A stretch of 64,000 nt of DNA from an uncultured Lactobacillus sp. (GCF_946477725.1 NZ_CAMKZC010000008.1:10812-74811), one strand, 5' to 3'; shown: positions 9,963 to 20,460, counted from the stretch's first letter. Translations and numbers: made by a program. Notes: generated by a model not told the origin, from the letters alone.

Positions 9963-11486
9963 ATGTACTACTTTTTAAACAATAGATTAGACGCAAATAG
10001 TTCAGGGATAGAGCACGCAGAAGTAAAAAGATTAATGCTTTTTAAACGCAATCACGTTAAGGCAAAAATTGTTATGTCAGAGTTTAATCGCTTTGCACAT
10101 CGTAATTTAACTTTATATGGCATGACTGATGATGATTATGTTAATATGTTTGACTTCTTTGCCGGTACGGTAAAGTTTGCCAGTCGCGTTGTCACGATAA
10201 AAGATTTACCGATACCAAACTTTAATAAGGTGAAGAAAATCAATAATGGTTATGAAGTGTACGAAGACAATCGTAAAACCATGACTATTAATATGTTGCC
10301 TAATGGTAGTGTGGACACGATTAAATATTATAACGGAGATGTCAACTGCATTAAGCAGGACTTTTATGATACTCGTGGGTTTAAAAGCCTAACACAAATT
10401 TATGATACAGTGGATGGACATTTAGTCTGTGAATTGTTTTTCCGTCCCGACAATACCATATATTACGAGATTTCATATGAAAAAAGACCGAATTCATATC
10501 CAGCAACTAACATTCAATTGACTGATATTCAAGGTGTTGTACACTCACTTATGAATAGTGGTCAAGCCTTTACTATTATGCTTGATGAATTAAACCAGCA
10601 GGATGGGGCTGAAAGGTCAACCTTTATCTCTGATCGCAGTAATATTACCAACGTGCCAATGATTAATATGAAAACGCCTGCCAGAAAAATCGAACATTTT
10701 CATAATATTCACTTCAGAGACTACTGGGATCCTACTTCACCTCTTACTTACAACTCAATTTCTAATAACGAATTACTCAGTAAAACCGACTTAGTAGTCA
10801 CTCCTGGAAAACATCAAGCGGATGACATGCGTGAAAGACTAAGAACGCAAGTGCCGATAGTAGCTATACCTGTGGGAATAGTACCAGATGAGCAGTTACA
10901 TGCAGAGCATATCCCAATGAGTGAGCGTATAAAAGGGAAAATAATAATTGTAGCTCGTTTATTCCATGAAAAACGAATTGATGACGCGATCAAAGCCTTT
11001 AATCAAGCTTATCAAAATAATGATACACTTACTCTAGATATTTATGGTTATGGCAATGGCGCGGATAATTTCAAAGAAGAAAACATGCTAAAGAAACTGG
11101 TGCGAGATCTCGAGTTGGAAAATGTAGTTCACTTTATGGGTTACACCCAAGATATGGATTATGTTTATGACAATGCTCAACTTTCAATTCTTTCTTCAAG
11201 ATACGAAGGAGCCCCGCTTTCAATAGTTGAAGCTCAATCACACGGCGTTCCGGTATTTGCATATGATATCAATTATGGTCCAGCAGACTTGATTGCTGAT
11301 GGTCAGAGCGGTTTTGTTGTGCCAAGTGGTCATATAGATGACTTAGCAGCTAAAATTAGTGAATTCTTTGCTAGTCCAAAATTACGCAGGAAAATGAATG
11401 AGGGTGCTTATCAAAATGCTAAGCGCTTTTCCAGTGATAATGTTTGGCGTTACTGGCAAAAATATGTGATTAATACAGATAAATAA
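9963..11486 (+). CDS. GT4-family glycosyltransferase, TagE/GtfA-like (about 500-aa class)
   Basis: The C-terminal GT-B motif is EGAPLSIVEAQSHGVPVFAYDINYGPADLIADGQSGFVV. The N terminus (NSSGIEHAEVKR) resembles poly(glycerol-phosphate) alpha-glucosyltransferase and GtfA-type enzymes. Confidence 0.75.
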   Translation: MYYFLNNRLDANSSGIEHAEVKRLMLFKRNHVKAKIVMSEFNRFAHRNLTLYGMTDDDYVNMFDFFAGTVKFASRVVTIKDLPIPNFNKVKKINNGYEVYEDNRKTMTINMLPNGSVDTIKYYNGDVNCIKQDFYDTRGFKSLTQIYDTVDGHLVCELFFRPDNTIYYEISYEKRPNSYPATNIQLTDIQGVVHSLMNSGQAFTIMLDELNQQDGAERSTFISDRSNITNVPMINMKTPARKIEHFHNIHFRDYWDPTSPLTYNSISNNELLSKTDLVVTPGKHQADDMRERLRTQVPIVAIPVGIVPDEQLHAEHIPMSERIKGKIIIVARLFHEKRIDDAIKAFNQAYQNNDTLTLDIYGYGNGADNFKEENMLKKLVRDLELENVVHFMGYTQDMDYVYDNAQLSILSSRYEGAPLSIVEAQSHGVPVFAYDINYGPADLIADGQSGFVVPSGHIDDLAAKISEFFASPKLRRKMNEGAYQNAKRFSSDNVWRYWQKYVINTDK

Positions 11487-11502
11487 ATAGCATTTAAAAA
11501 GT

Positions 11503-11527
11503 CACTTTGAAATTCAAGGTGGTTTTT
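11503..11527 (+). terminator. Weak intrinsic terminator after the glycosyltransferase gene
   Basis: CACTTTG pairs with CAAGGTG (one G-U pair) around a 5-nt loop, followed by GTTTTT. Confidence 0.4.
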
Positions 11528-11572
11528 CTTTGCTTTTAATTTATTGCATTTCAAAAAAATGTGAGTTACTAT

Positions 11573-11604
11573 GGTTATTTAGTTAGCTTGCTAACTAAAT
11601 AACC
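11573..11604. promoter_or_regulatory. Perfect 15-bp inverted repeat; candidate MarR operator or SD-adjacent hairpin
   Basis: GGTTATTTAGTTAGC tt GCTAACTAAATAACC. It ends directly against the AGGAGG Shine-Dalgarno of the MFS-marR operon. Confidence 0.5.
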
Positions 11605-11617
11605 AGGAGGAATTCGA

Positions 11618-13015
11618 ATGGAAAGAAAATTAGATGCAAAATTAATTTGTTCAATTTTCGCAGCTGGACTGATGTCATTTTCAGGTGTGCTAATTGAAAC
11701 GGCAGGGAACGTTACTTTTCCAGTTTTAATGAATGATTTTCATGTTAATATGGCCACAGTACAATGGATGACAACGGGCTATTTACTGGTTGCTTCCATT
11801 ATTATGCTACTATCAGCATATTTAAAAAGAAACTTTAGTTCGAAAAAGCTTTTTGTAATAGCCGCTTCTTTATTTATTTGCGGATTGGTGATCGACGCAG
11901 TTGCTAACCAATTTATTTTTTTAGTTATTGGTCGCGTAATTCAGGGCGCGGGCGCAGGAATAGCTATTCCCTTAATGTTTAATATCATTTTGGAAAGGAC
12001 ACCGCTTGATAAACTCGGCCTCCTTATGGGAATAGGAACAATGATTACTGCTGTAGCTCCAGCTTTAGGGCCAAGTTTTGGCGGGTTGGTTGTTAATAAT
12101 TTAGGCTGGCGTTATATTTTTATCTTTATTATCCCCGTGATGGTAATATCTTTGATCATGGGCTTAACTTCAATAACAAGTCAAACCGAGAGCATTAAGC
12201 ATACTAGGCTTGATACTACCGGCTTTCTGAGCATTGCTTTAACGTTTATTGGTTTAATTTTTGCTTTTAGCAACTTGTCTACAATTTTACAAAAACCGCT
12301 CATGTTTATTTTACCTTTAGCATTAGGAATAATCAGTTTAATCATTTTTATTAAGCACTCATTGAAAACTACTAATCCATTGATTAATATTCGTGTTTTT
12401 AAAAACATCAGATTCACTCAAGGAATTACAGCCTACTTTATTTTCCAGGTAAATACCTTGGGTTTGTCTTTCATCTTGCCTAATTATGTCCAAATTGTCA
12501 ACCATTCTACTGCGATGACTGCGGGGCTATTACTACTAACCGGTGGGCTCGTAGGAGCAATTATGTCACCAATTAGTGGCAGGTTACTTGATAACTACGG
12601 ACCAAAAAAGCCAATTATGACTGGAGCTGTTTTTGAAATAATTGGTGGCATATTATATTGTTTATTTGCTTCATCGTTAACCTCTGGCAAGATAATCTTG
12701 TTTTATACCATTACGATGCTGGGAATAGGTTTAGTAATGGGTGATACTATGACGGCTTCTATTGGTCAACTTGACGAAAAAGAAAGTACTGATGGTAACG
12801 GTCTGTTCAATATGGCACAGCAATTTGCTGGTGCGGTTGGCACTGCAGTTATTTCAGCCATCATGCAATTCGTAGAGCAGATGAGTAGTCAAAATTCTAC
12901 TTCTGGAAAATACATTGATGCCGCACAAGTCGGTCTAATTTTTATTCTAATTATTGTCCTTATTGGTGTATACTTACTTTATCAGGCTACAAAACCAGTA
13001 AAAGCAAAGGAATGA
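11618..13015 (+). CDS. MFS transporter of the DHA2 (EmrB/QacA-like, 14-TM) drug:H+ antiporter type
   Basis: 465 aa and highly hydrophobic. MFS motif A-like sequence GRVIQGAGAGIAIP. It is a paralog of the CDS at 58231..59619. Confidence 0.85.
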   Translation: MERKLDAKLICSIFAAGLMSFSGVLIETAGNVTFPVLMNDFHVNMATVQWMTTGYLLVASIIMLLSAYLKRNFSSKKLFVIAASLFICGLVIDAVANQFIFLVIGRVIQGAGAGIAIPLMFNIILERTPLDKLGLLMGIGTMITAVAPALGPSFGGLVVNNLGWRYIFIFIIPVMVISLIMGLTSITSQTESIKHTRLDTTGFLSIALTFIGLIFAFSNLSTILQKPLMFILPLALGIISLIIFIKHSLKTTNPLINIRVFKNIRFTQGITAYFIFQVNTLGLSFILPNYVQIVNHSTAMTAGLLLLTGGLVGAIMSPISGRLLDNYGPKKPIMTGAVFEIIGGILYCLFASSLTSGKIILFYTITMLGIGLVMGDTMTASIGQLDEKESTDGNGLFNMAQQFAGAVGTAVISAIMQFVEQMSSQNSTSGKYIDAAQVGLIFILIIVLIGVYLLYQATKPVKAKE

Positions 13016-13019
13016 AATA

Positions 13020-13445
13020 ATGAAAAGATTAGGATTGGCATTGCAGAGAGTACAAAATACGTTTAACCGCAACGCTGATCACTATGCCAGAAAAATAGGT
13101 CTTACTGGAACGCAAATGTTGATTATCGAATACTTATCTTCCTTTGCCCAAAATAAGCCAATTTATCAAAAAGACATTGAGCATGAATTCAATATTAGAA
13201 AGTCAACTGCTACCAATGTTTTACATTTAATGGCAGAAAAAGACCTAATTACGAAAAAAGTCGATCCACATGACACTCGATTAAAAGCAATCATCCTAAC
13301 CCCTAAAGCTGTTAATTTAGAACAAAAAATTTCTAACTATGTTTTTCAGTCTGAGAATAGTTACGCTGCAATTCTTGGAACTGAAACTAAAAATGAGTTA
13401 GTAGAGAATTTACAGAAACTGAATGACGCTATTTCGGAAAAATAG
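13020..13445 (+). CDS. MarR-family transcriptional regulator
   Basis: 141 aa. The winged-HTH segment reads GLTGTQMLIIEYL...QKDIEHEFNIRKSTATNVLHLMAEKDLITK...DTR. It lies 4 nt downstream of the MFS gene. Confidence 0.85.
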   Translation: MKRLGLALQRVQNTFNRNADHYARKIGLTGTQMLIIEYLSSFAQNKPIYQKDIEHEFNIRKSTATNVLHLMAEKDLITKKVDPHDTRLKAIILTPKAVNLEQKISNYVFQSENSYAAILGTETKNELVENLQKLNDAISEK

Positions 13446-13453
13446 GATAAATT

Positions 13454-13493
13454 AAAAACTAGTTATTGTTTTGAGGCAATAACTAGTTTTTTT
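13454..13493. terminator. Bidirectional intrinsic terminator between marR and the convergent guaB
   Basis: ACTAGTTATTG (13458-13468) pairs with CAATAACTAGT (13477-13487). An A5 run precedes it and a T6 run follows. Confidence 0.75.
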
Positions 13494-13504
13494 CTTAATT
13501 TTTA

Positions 13505-14650
<1,146 letters not shown>

Positions 14651-15035
14651 TTAATGCACTCTCCTTTTTAAAATTATTAAAGTTAAATTGATTACACTTT
14701 ACTAGTGATTTTGATCTTGGTCAAGTTAAAATCAAAAGCTATATTGATAAAAGTATAATATTACTTTGAATATATTTCAACCTTAAAGGCGAACAAATAT
14801 ACCATATTAGTTTATATTGTAAGTAATAAAGTAAAAATATTAAGATTTTTTACATCCTACGTCAATGATTGATAAGTGTTAGTTATTGGTGAGTAATTTA
14901 TGATAGCTAGATAATGTTCGGGTTTAAAATAAAATTAATAAAGAAATTAAATATTATTTAAAAACAATTAAGACTGTGCTAAAATTGAGTCTAATGTTGT
15001 TGATTAAATATCTATCGGATAATGAGGTTAAACCA

Positions 15036-15104
15036 ATGGCATTAGCAAAGTATGGTAAATATGTTCAATATGAGCAATTATCAAAGGGGTACTTCCTTTG
15101 GTAA
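15036..15104 (+). CDS. Candidate 22-aa small ORF (MALAKYGKYVQYEQLSKGYFLW)
   Basis: GAGG (15024-15027) lies 8 nt before the ATG at 15036, and the TAA is at 15102-15104. The ORF is too short for the ORF track. It ends 44 nt before the ABC ATPase start. Confidence 0.3.
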   Translation: MALAKYGKYVQYEQLSKGYFLW

Positions 15105-15147
15105 TTGCCTTTTTGTGCCGGATTCGATAAAAAATGGAGTTTGAAAC

Positions 15148-16134
15148 ATGGGCGAAAATGCAATTGAAGTACATGATCTGTCAAAAAAATATGCGGTGGC
15201 CACCAGAGGCGAGACTTGGCATGCTATAGCAAAAAATATTTTTAAGCCAGAAAGAACGGTTGTTAATGCCGTTAAATCCTTAAACTTTAACATTAAACCA
15301 GGAGAGAAAGTAGGTTTTATTGGACAAAATGGTGCAGGTAAAACTACTACTATAAAGATGTTAACCGGTACTCTTTTTCCATCTTCAGGTTACTGCAGGG
15401 TCAATGGCTTTGATCCTACCAAAAGGACTAATGATTTTAAAAAATCAATTTCGGTGGTGATGGGAAACAGGTCACAACTTTTTCCCGATTTAACTCCCAG
15501 AGATTATTTAAAGCTCTTGCAATCAATGTATGATATTTCTGAAACATCTTTTCAAGAAACAGTTAATAATCTAGCGCGAATATTAAACGTTGCGGAAAAA
15601 TTAGATACTCAAACGCGTAAATTATCACTGGGAGAGAGGATGAAAATTGAATTTTTAGCGGGTGTAGCCACCAGACCTAAAGTGCTCTTTCTAGATGAGC
15701 CCACAATAGGGCTTGATGTTTTGGCAAAAAGAGATATCCGTAAATTTCTTTTGCAACTAAATAAAGAAGAAAAACTGACCGTCTTCTTGACTTCCCATGA
15801 TATGGAAGATATTGCGACTATCTGCGGCCGCTTAATAATTGTTAATCACGGAGAAATTATGTGGAATGGTCAAAAACAGGATCTACTAGATAAATTCAGT
15901 AGTAATAAGTACATCACATTTGATAAATCAGAAAGTTTTGCTGAGAAGAATATTGAGGGCAAAATAATCAATCAGGATGATTTAACAATTACCATCAAAG
16001 TTCCAAATGAAGAAGTTGATGATATGATTGCATTCCTTGCCAAAAACAAACAGGGTTCAAATTATCAAATAAATGAACTGAAACTGGAAGACATTATCTT
16101 AGAATTATTTGCCGAGGAGAATCAAAAATGTTAA
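15148..16134 (+). CDS. ABC transporter ATP-binding protein (ABC-2 subfamily, with a C-terminal extension)
   Basis: Walker A GQNGAGKTT, signature LSLGERMK, Walker B VLFLDEPT, H-loop SHDM. Confidence 0.88.
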   Translation: MGENAIEVHDLSKKYAVATRGETWHAIAKNIFKPERTVVNAVKSLNFNIKPGEKVGFIGQNGAGKTTTIKMLTGTLFPSSGYCRVNGFDPTKRTNDFKKSISVVMGNRSQLFPDLTPRDYLKLLQSMYDISETSFQETVNNLARILNVAEKLDTQTRKLSLGERMKIEFLAGVATRPKVLFLDEPTIGLDVLAKRDIRKFLLQLNKEEKLTVFLTSHDMEDIATICGRLIIVNHGEIMWNGQKQDLLDKFSSNKYITFDKSESFAEKNIEGKIINQDDLTITIKVPNEEVDDMIAFLAKNKQGSNYQINELKLEDIILELFAEENQKC

Positions 16135-16925
16135 AAACATACCGTGCAGTAAGTAAAATTTCCCTCAAGTCTATTTTAGCGAATAAAAGCAGTGTGGTGA
16201 TTTTGCTACTGCAAGCTCTCGTACCAAGTATCGTAATGTTTTATCTGTGGTCTTTAATATTAAATCACGGGCAAACAGTGGGCGGATTTACTAAAAATCA
16301 AATTGTCATTTACTACATTGGCGTTAACTTTATCAATTCCTTTGTTTGGTATGCAATTGACTGGGAATTAAATGATGATATTCATTCGGGTGAATTGTCA
16401 AACATTATTCATCGACCAATAGCAATTGAAAAATATTATTTTGCTAAAATGGTTGGCGACCGATTAGCAAATCTACTTTTACTGGCTCCAATACTGATAA
16501 TTGGAATATTATACATTCTAGTAAAAAATTTATTGCAGATATCACCGATAGTGCTGTTGGAATTTGCTTTTAGCATTATTATGTCAGCGGTGCTTTGGTT
16601 TCTTTTCTCTTACATCATAGGTAGTGTTGCTTATTGGTTTGATAACCTTTTCTTTGTTTTACTAGTAAAAGAAGTGTTGGTAAACTTGCTGGCTGGTTTT
16701 TATTTTCCCTTAGAAATCTTGCCGCCTTTTTTGGTAAAAATAACCAAATGCTTACCTTTTCAGTATTTTAGTTCTTTTCCCATAGATACTTTGGTAAAAG
16801 GGCTCTCCTTACAATCTTGGCTTAAAAATACGGGTATTGAGATTGCTTGGGCAGTTATCTTTTATGTAATTGTACAAATAGTTAATAGAAAAGGGCTTCA
16901 GAGATATTCTGATGTAATGGGTTAG
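16128..16925 (+). CDS. ABC-2-type permease, first of two dissimilar permeases
   Basis: 265 aa with about 6 TM helices. Its start overlaps the ATPase stop. From memory it resembles the uncharacterised COG4587/COG3694 permease class; this needs an HMM check. Confidence 0.7.
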   Translation: MLKTYRAVSKISLKSILANKSSVVILLLQALVPSIVMFYLWSLILNHGQTVGGFTKNQIVIYYIGVNFINSFVWYAIDWELNDDIHSGELSNIIHRPIAIEKYYFAKMVGDRLANLLLLAPILIIGILYILVKNLLQISPIVLLEFAFSIIMSAVLWFLFSYIIGSVAYWFDNLFFVLLVKEVLVNLLAGFYFPLEILPPFLVKITKCLPFQYFSSFPIDTLVKGLSLQSWLKNTGIEIAWAVIFYVIVQIVNRKGLQRYSDVMG

Positions 16926-16927
16926 AT

Positions 16928-17710
16928 ATGAAAAATAAATTTAAACTGATCGGTTCTTTAATCAAGATAGCCTTTTTAGAGACTATTAGTTTTAGGCTGG
17001 ATACTGTATTTGGTATTATTTCTTCAGTACTTTGGTTGGGTATCCCAATTGCTTTCTTTAAAGTCATTTATTTAAATGTTGACACTGTTGGAGGCTGGAG
17101 TTTTAAGGAATGCCTCTTATTAGTTGGGGTTTATACTATGCTAGATGGCTTCCTGATGGCCTTCTTAGTCAAATCGATGCCTAAAATGGAAGCTGATATT
17201 AGAGAGGGTACGCTTGATTCGGTGCTCCTAAAACCAATTAATACTAAACTATTTTATTTTTTCAGTTCCATTGAATTTACTCAACTAATAAATTCCGTTT
17301 TGGGACTGGTAGTAATTATTTATGCGTGTCAAGGAATAAAAATTAGTCTTATCCAACTAGTTTGTTTCTTATTTTCCTGTGTATTAGGCTGCATATTGTA
17401 TTATTCATTGTGGTATCTCTGGACAATTTCAGCCTTTTGGTTTCCAACTAATTTTGGCAGAAATGATTTATTTTTAAGTATGATACAAATGAGTCGTTAT
17501 CCTGCAAGTATTTATCGTGGCCTGGGCAATATAATATTTAATTTTATTTTGCCTTTTGGCCTAGTTGCATGCCCCGCAACAACTATTCTATTAAGGCCAG
17601 AAGAATGGCATATTTTGCTACTACAGCTTTTAGTTGCTTTAATATTTGTAGTACTGGATCATGTAATCTGGAATTTAGGCCTCAAGAAGTATGATGGAGC
17701 TGGTAGATAG
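16928..17710 (+). CDS. ABC-2-type permease, second of two dissimilar permeases
   Basis: 260 aa with about 6 TM helices. It starts 2 nt after the preceding stop. Confidence 0.7.
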   Translation: MKNKFKLIGSLIKIAFLETISFRLDTVFGIISSVLWLGIPIAFFKVIYLNVDTVGGWSFKECLLLVGVYTMLDGFLMAFLVKSMPKMEADIREGTLDSVLLKPINTKLFYFFSSIEFTQLINSVLGLVVIIYACQGIKISLIQLVCFLFSCVLGCILYYSLWYLWTISAFWFPTNFGRNDLFLSMIQMSRYPASIYRGLGNIIFNFILPFGLVACPATTILLRPEEWHILLLQLLVALIFVVLDHVIWNLGLKKYDGAGR

Positions 17711-17735
17711 CTAAGTAAACTGTTTTCCATAAAGC

Positions 17736-17764
17736 TTGCACAGCCGTATAAATTTTTTTAGAAT
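17736..17764 (+). promoter_or_regulatory. Candidate sigma-A promoter for the small RHH gene
   Basis: TTGCAC (17736-17741), a 17-nt spacer, then TAGAAT (17759-17764). Confidence 0.4.
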
Positions 17765-17809
17765 ATTCCTGTCAGTTTTTATTTTAAAATATGGGAAAAG
17801 GGATAAGCG

Positions 17810-18013
17810 GTGAAAGACGAACTAGTTACAGTTAGTTTAGATAATGCAGTAGTAAAAAATGCTAAGTTTAATTTGGAAAAATATGGTATTTCAGTTGGTA
17901 AATATCTCCAGTTAATGGTGCTACTGGCTGCGGAAAATAAAACAGAACTTAAGCAAATAATGTTAGATAAAAATGACCTCACTCAATGGTTAAAGCGATT
18001 AGATGCCGATTAA
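17810..18013 (+). CDS. Small ribbon-helix-helix protein, RelB/DinJ-antitoxin-like, with no adjacent toxin gene
   Basis: 67 aa with a GTG start. The N terminus (VTVSLDNAVVKNAKFNLEKYGISVGKYLQLMV) fits the beta-strand plus two-helix pattern of DinJ/RelB antitoxins. Confidence 0.45.
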   Translation: MKDELVTVSLDNAVVKNAKFNLEKYGISVGKYLQLMVLLAAENKTELKQIMLDKNDLTQWLKRLDAD

Positions 18014-18021
18014 TAGTGCTG

Positions 18022-18054
18022 AAACTTACTGATGTTCTCAGTAAGTTTTTTTAA
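18022..18054 (+). terminator. Intrinsic terminator
   Basis: AAACTTACTGA (18022-18032), loop TGTTC, TCAGTAAGTTT (18038-18048), followed by a T-run. Confidence 0.75.
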
Positions 18055-18064
18055 AGCATTAATG

Positions 18065-18113
18065 TTTACAATTGTAGATACACAATTTATACTAAACTTA
18101 GTTTACGAATGTA
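18065..18113 (+). promoter_or_regulatory. cop promoter with two CopY operator sites (cop boxes)
   Basis: TTTACA (18065-18070), a 17-nt spacer, then TATACT (18088-18093). Box 1 is TACAATTGTA (18067-18076) and overlaps the -35. Box 2 is TACGAATGTA (18104-18113), downstream of the -10, with one mismatch to TACAnnTGTA. Confidence 0.65.
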
Positions 18114-18149
18114 GACATTAATAATAAGCTTCAATTAGGAGGAATTATC

Positions 18150-18521
18150 ATGAATAGGATTATTATTTTAAGCTTAGGAGTCGCACTTATCGCTTTTATC
18201 GCATGGTGGTTCTTTGGTAAGCACCAAGTAGCAACAGAAAATGCGTCTGTTAGTTCGAATAAGCAAAGTGTTGATATTGAGGTCAAAGGCGGATATTCTC
18301 CAGAAAAAGTTATCTTAAAAAGAGGAGTACCGGCTACCTTAAACTTTAAAAGAACCGATTCTTCCAGTTGCTTAGACCATGTTATCTTCTCAGATTTTGG
18401 TATAAATCAAAAATTGCCTCAAGGTAAAACTGAACCGATTAAAATAGATACCTCCAAAGCCGGCGAATATGAATGGGCATGCAGTATGAATATGTTTCAT
18501 GGTAAGGTTATTGTCAAATAG
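18150..18521 (+). CDS. cupA: Membrane-anchored cupredoxin-like Cu(I) chaperone (CupA-like)
   Basis: 123 aa with an N-terminal TM anchor and a cupredoxin-like beta domain. It has a Cys in SSSCLDH and a CSMNM (CxMxM) motif near the C terminus, the pattern I recall for pneumococcal CupA. It lies directly upstream of copA. Confidence 0.65.
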   Translation: MNRIIILSLGVALIAFIAWWFFGKHQVATENASVSSNKQSVDIEVKGGYSPEKVILKRGVPATLNFKRTDSSSCLDHVIFSDFGINQKLPQGKTEPIKIDTSKAGEYEWACSMNMFHGKVIVK

Positions 18522-18534
18522 ATAGGGTAAAAGA

Positions 18535-20442
18535 ATGAAAATAACAACACGTTTTTGGACGTCGCTAATATTATCACTACCGATGCTAGTTGAAATGATC
18601 ATTCATCCTTTTACTGGCTGGATGTTGCCTGGTGGAGAATGGACTATGCTGATAGCAACTACGATTATTATGTTGATTTCAGCTGGCCCGTTTGTTTCCA
18701 GTGCTTGGTCTGCATTTAAAAAACATCATTCAAATATGGACACCCTGGTTGCTTTAGGTACAGCAATAACTTATGTTTATAGCATTTATGCCATGTTTAA
18801 CGGCAAACCCGTATTTTTCGAAAGTGCGGCTTTAGTCATTACTTTTGTTTTACTAGGGCAGGTTTTAGAAGAAAAAATGCGGTCTACGGCTTCAGATGCT
18901 ATGGGAAAGTTACTTAATTTAGGCGCAAAAGATGCTCTGGTTAAAAAAGGTGATCATTTTGTCAGTACTCCCATCACTCAGGTAGTTAAGGGCGACTTAA
19001 TTCAAGTGATGCCTGGACAAAAAGTTCCAGTCGATGGCAAAATTGTTTCCGGCAATTCCAGTGTTGACGAATCTATGGTAACCGGTGAAAGCATGCCGGT
19101 TAAAAAGATTAGTGGCGATCAAGTTATAGGTGCAACAATTAATCAAACTGGTTCATTTGTAATGGAAGCTCAAAAAGTTGGCAACGATACCATGCTGGCT
19201 CAGATAGTAGATATTGTAAAAAAGGCGCAGAACAGTCATGCACCAATTCAAAAATTAACCGATAAAGTTGCTAATATTTTTGTTCCAACAGTTTTGATTA
19301 TTGCAATTGTAACATTTTTAGTTTGGTATATTTTTCTCGGTAAAAGCATAGCAACTGCATTAGTTTTTGCCGTTGCGGTTATGGTGATTGCCTGTCCTTG
19401 TGCTTTAGGGCTGGCAACACCAACTGCATTAATGGTTGGAACTGGTCGTGGTGCCAAAATGGGCATTTTAATTAAAAACGGCGAAATTTTAGAGGCTGCC
19501 AATAGCATTGATACTATAGTTTTTGATAAAACGGGAACGATTACCAAAGGTCAACCACAAGTAACAGATATTGTTGGAGATAAAGAAAATGTCCTACAAT
19601 ATGCTGCTAGTTTAGAGAAATTGTCTGAACATCCTCTCGCTCCAGCTATCTTAGCTGCGGCTAAAAAGCAAAAGTTGCAGTTAAAAACGGTAGAAAATTT
19701 TACTGTAATTGAAGGATGGGGTGTCACTGGTAAAATTTCTGGTACAAATGTTGCGGTCGGCAGCCCCAAAAAACATAAAGATATTAAAATTGCTCCAGAA
19801 TTAGAAGAGCAAATAGTGGCATTGCAAAATGAAGCTAAAACAGTAGTGTCTGTTGTTCAAGATAATCAAGTGCTGGGTCTAATCGCAATTCAAGATGCAC
19901 CTAAAGAAAACGCTCAAAAAGCAATTTCCGATTTACATCAATTAGGACTTAAAACCGTTATGCTCACCGGTGATAACCAGCAGGTAGCTGAGGCTATTGC
20001 AAAGCAAGTGGGTATCGATCAGGTAATAGCTGGAGTTTTGCCAGTTGATAAAGCAGCAGTTATTAAAAAGTTGCAGGAAAAACATCATGTCGCCTTTGTT
20101 GGTGATGGGATCAACGATGCGCCAGCTCTAACCCAAGCAGATGTTGGTATTGCAATGGGTTCTGGTACGGATGTTGCCATTGATGCAGGTGGCATCGTAC
20201 TTATTAAAAACGATTTAGAAGATGTTGTACGCGCTTTGAAACTGAGTCGCAAGACTTTTAATAGGATAAAGTTAAATTTGTTTTGGGCATTCATTTATAA
20301 TGTACTGGGGATTCCAGTTGCCGCTGGTGTTTTTGCAGGTGTGGGTCTCACACTTAGTCCGGAAATAGCAGGATTAGCAATGGCCTTTAGTTCATTATCG
20401 GTTGTTATCAGTTCAGTTATGTTAGGAAAAGCCAAAATTTAA
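18535..20442 (+). CDS. copA: Cu(I)-exporting P1B-1-type ATPase lacking an N-terminal metal-binding domain
   Basis: Motifs TGES, CPC ([12 protein letters not shown]), DKTGT and GDGINDAP are present. TM7 reads [14 protein letters not shown] (N-x6-YN-x4-P) and TM8 reads P-x6-MAFSS (M-xx-SS). At 635 aa it starts directly in a TM segment. Confidence 0.88.
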   Translation: MKITTRFWTSLILSLPMLVEMIIHPFTGWMLPGGEWTMLIATTIIMLISAGPFVSSAWSAFKKHHSNMDTLVALGTAITYVYSIYAMFNGKPVFFESAALVITFVLLGQVLEEKMRSTASDAMGKLLNLGAKDALVKKGDHFVSTPITQVVKGDLIQVMPGQKVPVDGKIVSGNSSVDESMVTGESMPVKKISGDQVIGATINQTGSFVMEAQKVGNDTMLAQIVDIVKKAQNSHAPIQKLTDKVANIFVPTVLIIAIVTFLVWYIFLGKSIATALVFAVAVMVIACPCALGLATPTALMVGTGRGAKMGILIKNGEILEAANSIDTIVFDKTGTITKGQPQVTDIVGDKENVLQYAASLEKLSEHPLAPAILAAAKKQKLQLKTVENFTVIEGWGVTGKISGTNVAVGSPKKHKDIKIAPELEEQIVALQNEAKTVVSVVQDNQVLGLIAIQDAPKENAQKAISDLHQLGLKTVMLTGDNQQVAEAIAKQVGIDQVIAGVLPVDKAAVIKKLQEKHHVAFVGDGINDAPALTQADVGIAMGSGTDVAIDAGGIVLIKNDLEDVVRALKLSRKTFNRIKLNLFWAFIYNVLGIPVAAGVFAGVGLTLSPEIAGLAMAFSSLSVVISSVMLGKAKI

Positions 20443-20460
20443 GATAAATAATATCAATCA

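Noticed and set aside
14651-15035. A purine/guanine riboswitch in the long leader upstream of guaB (minus strand).
   Set aside because: I could not find the conserved three-way junction or its loop motifs (for example UAUAAUC...CUACCGGG-type segments) on the minus strand. The region is very AT-rich with no convincing P1 stem.
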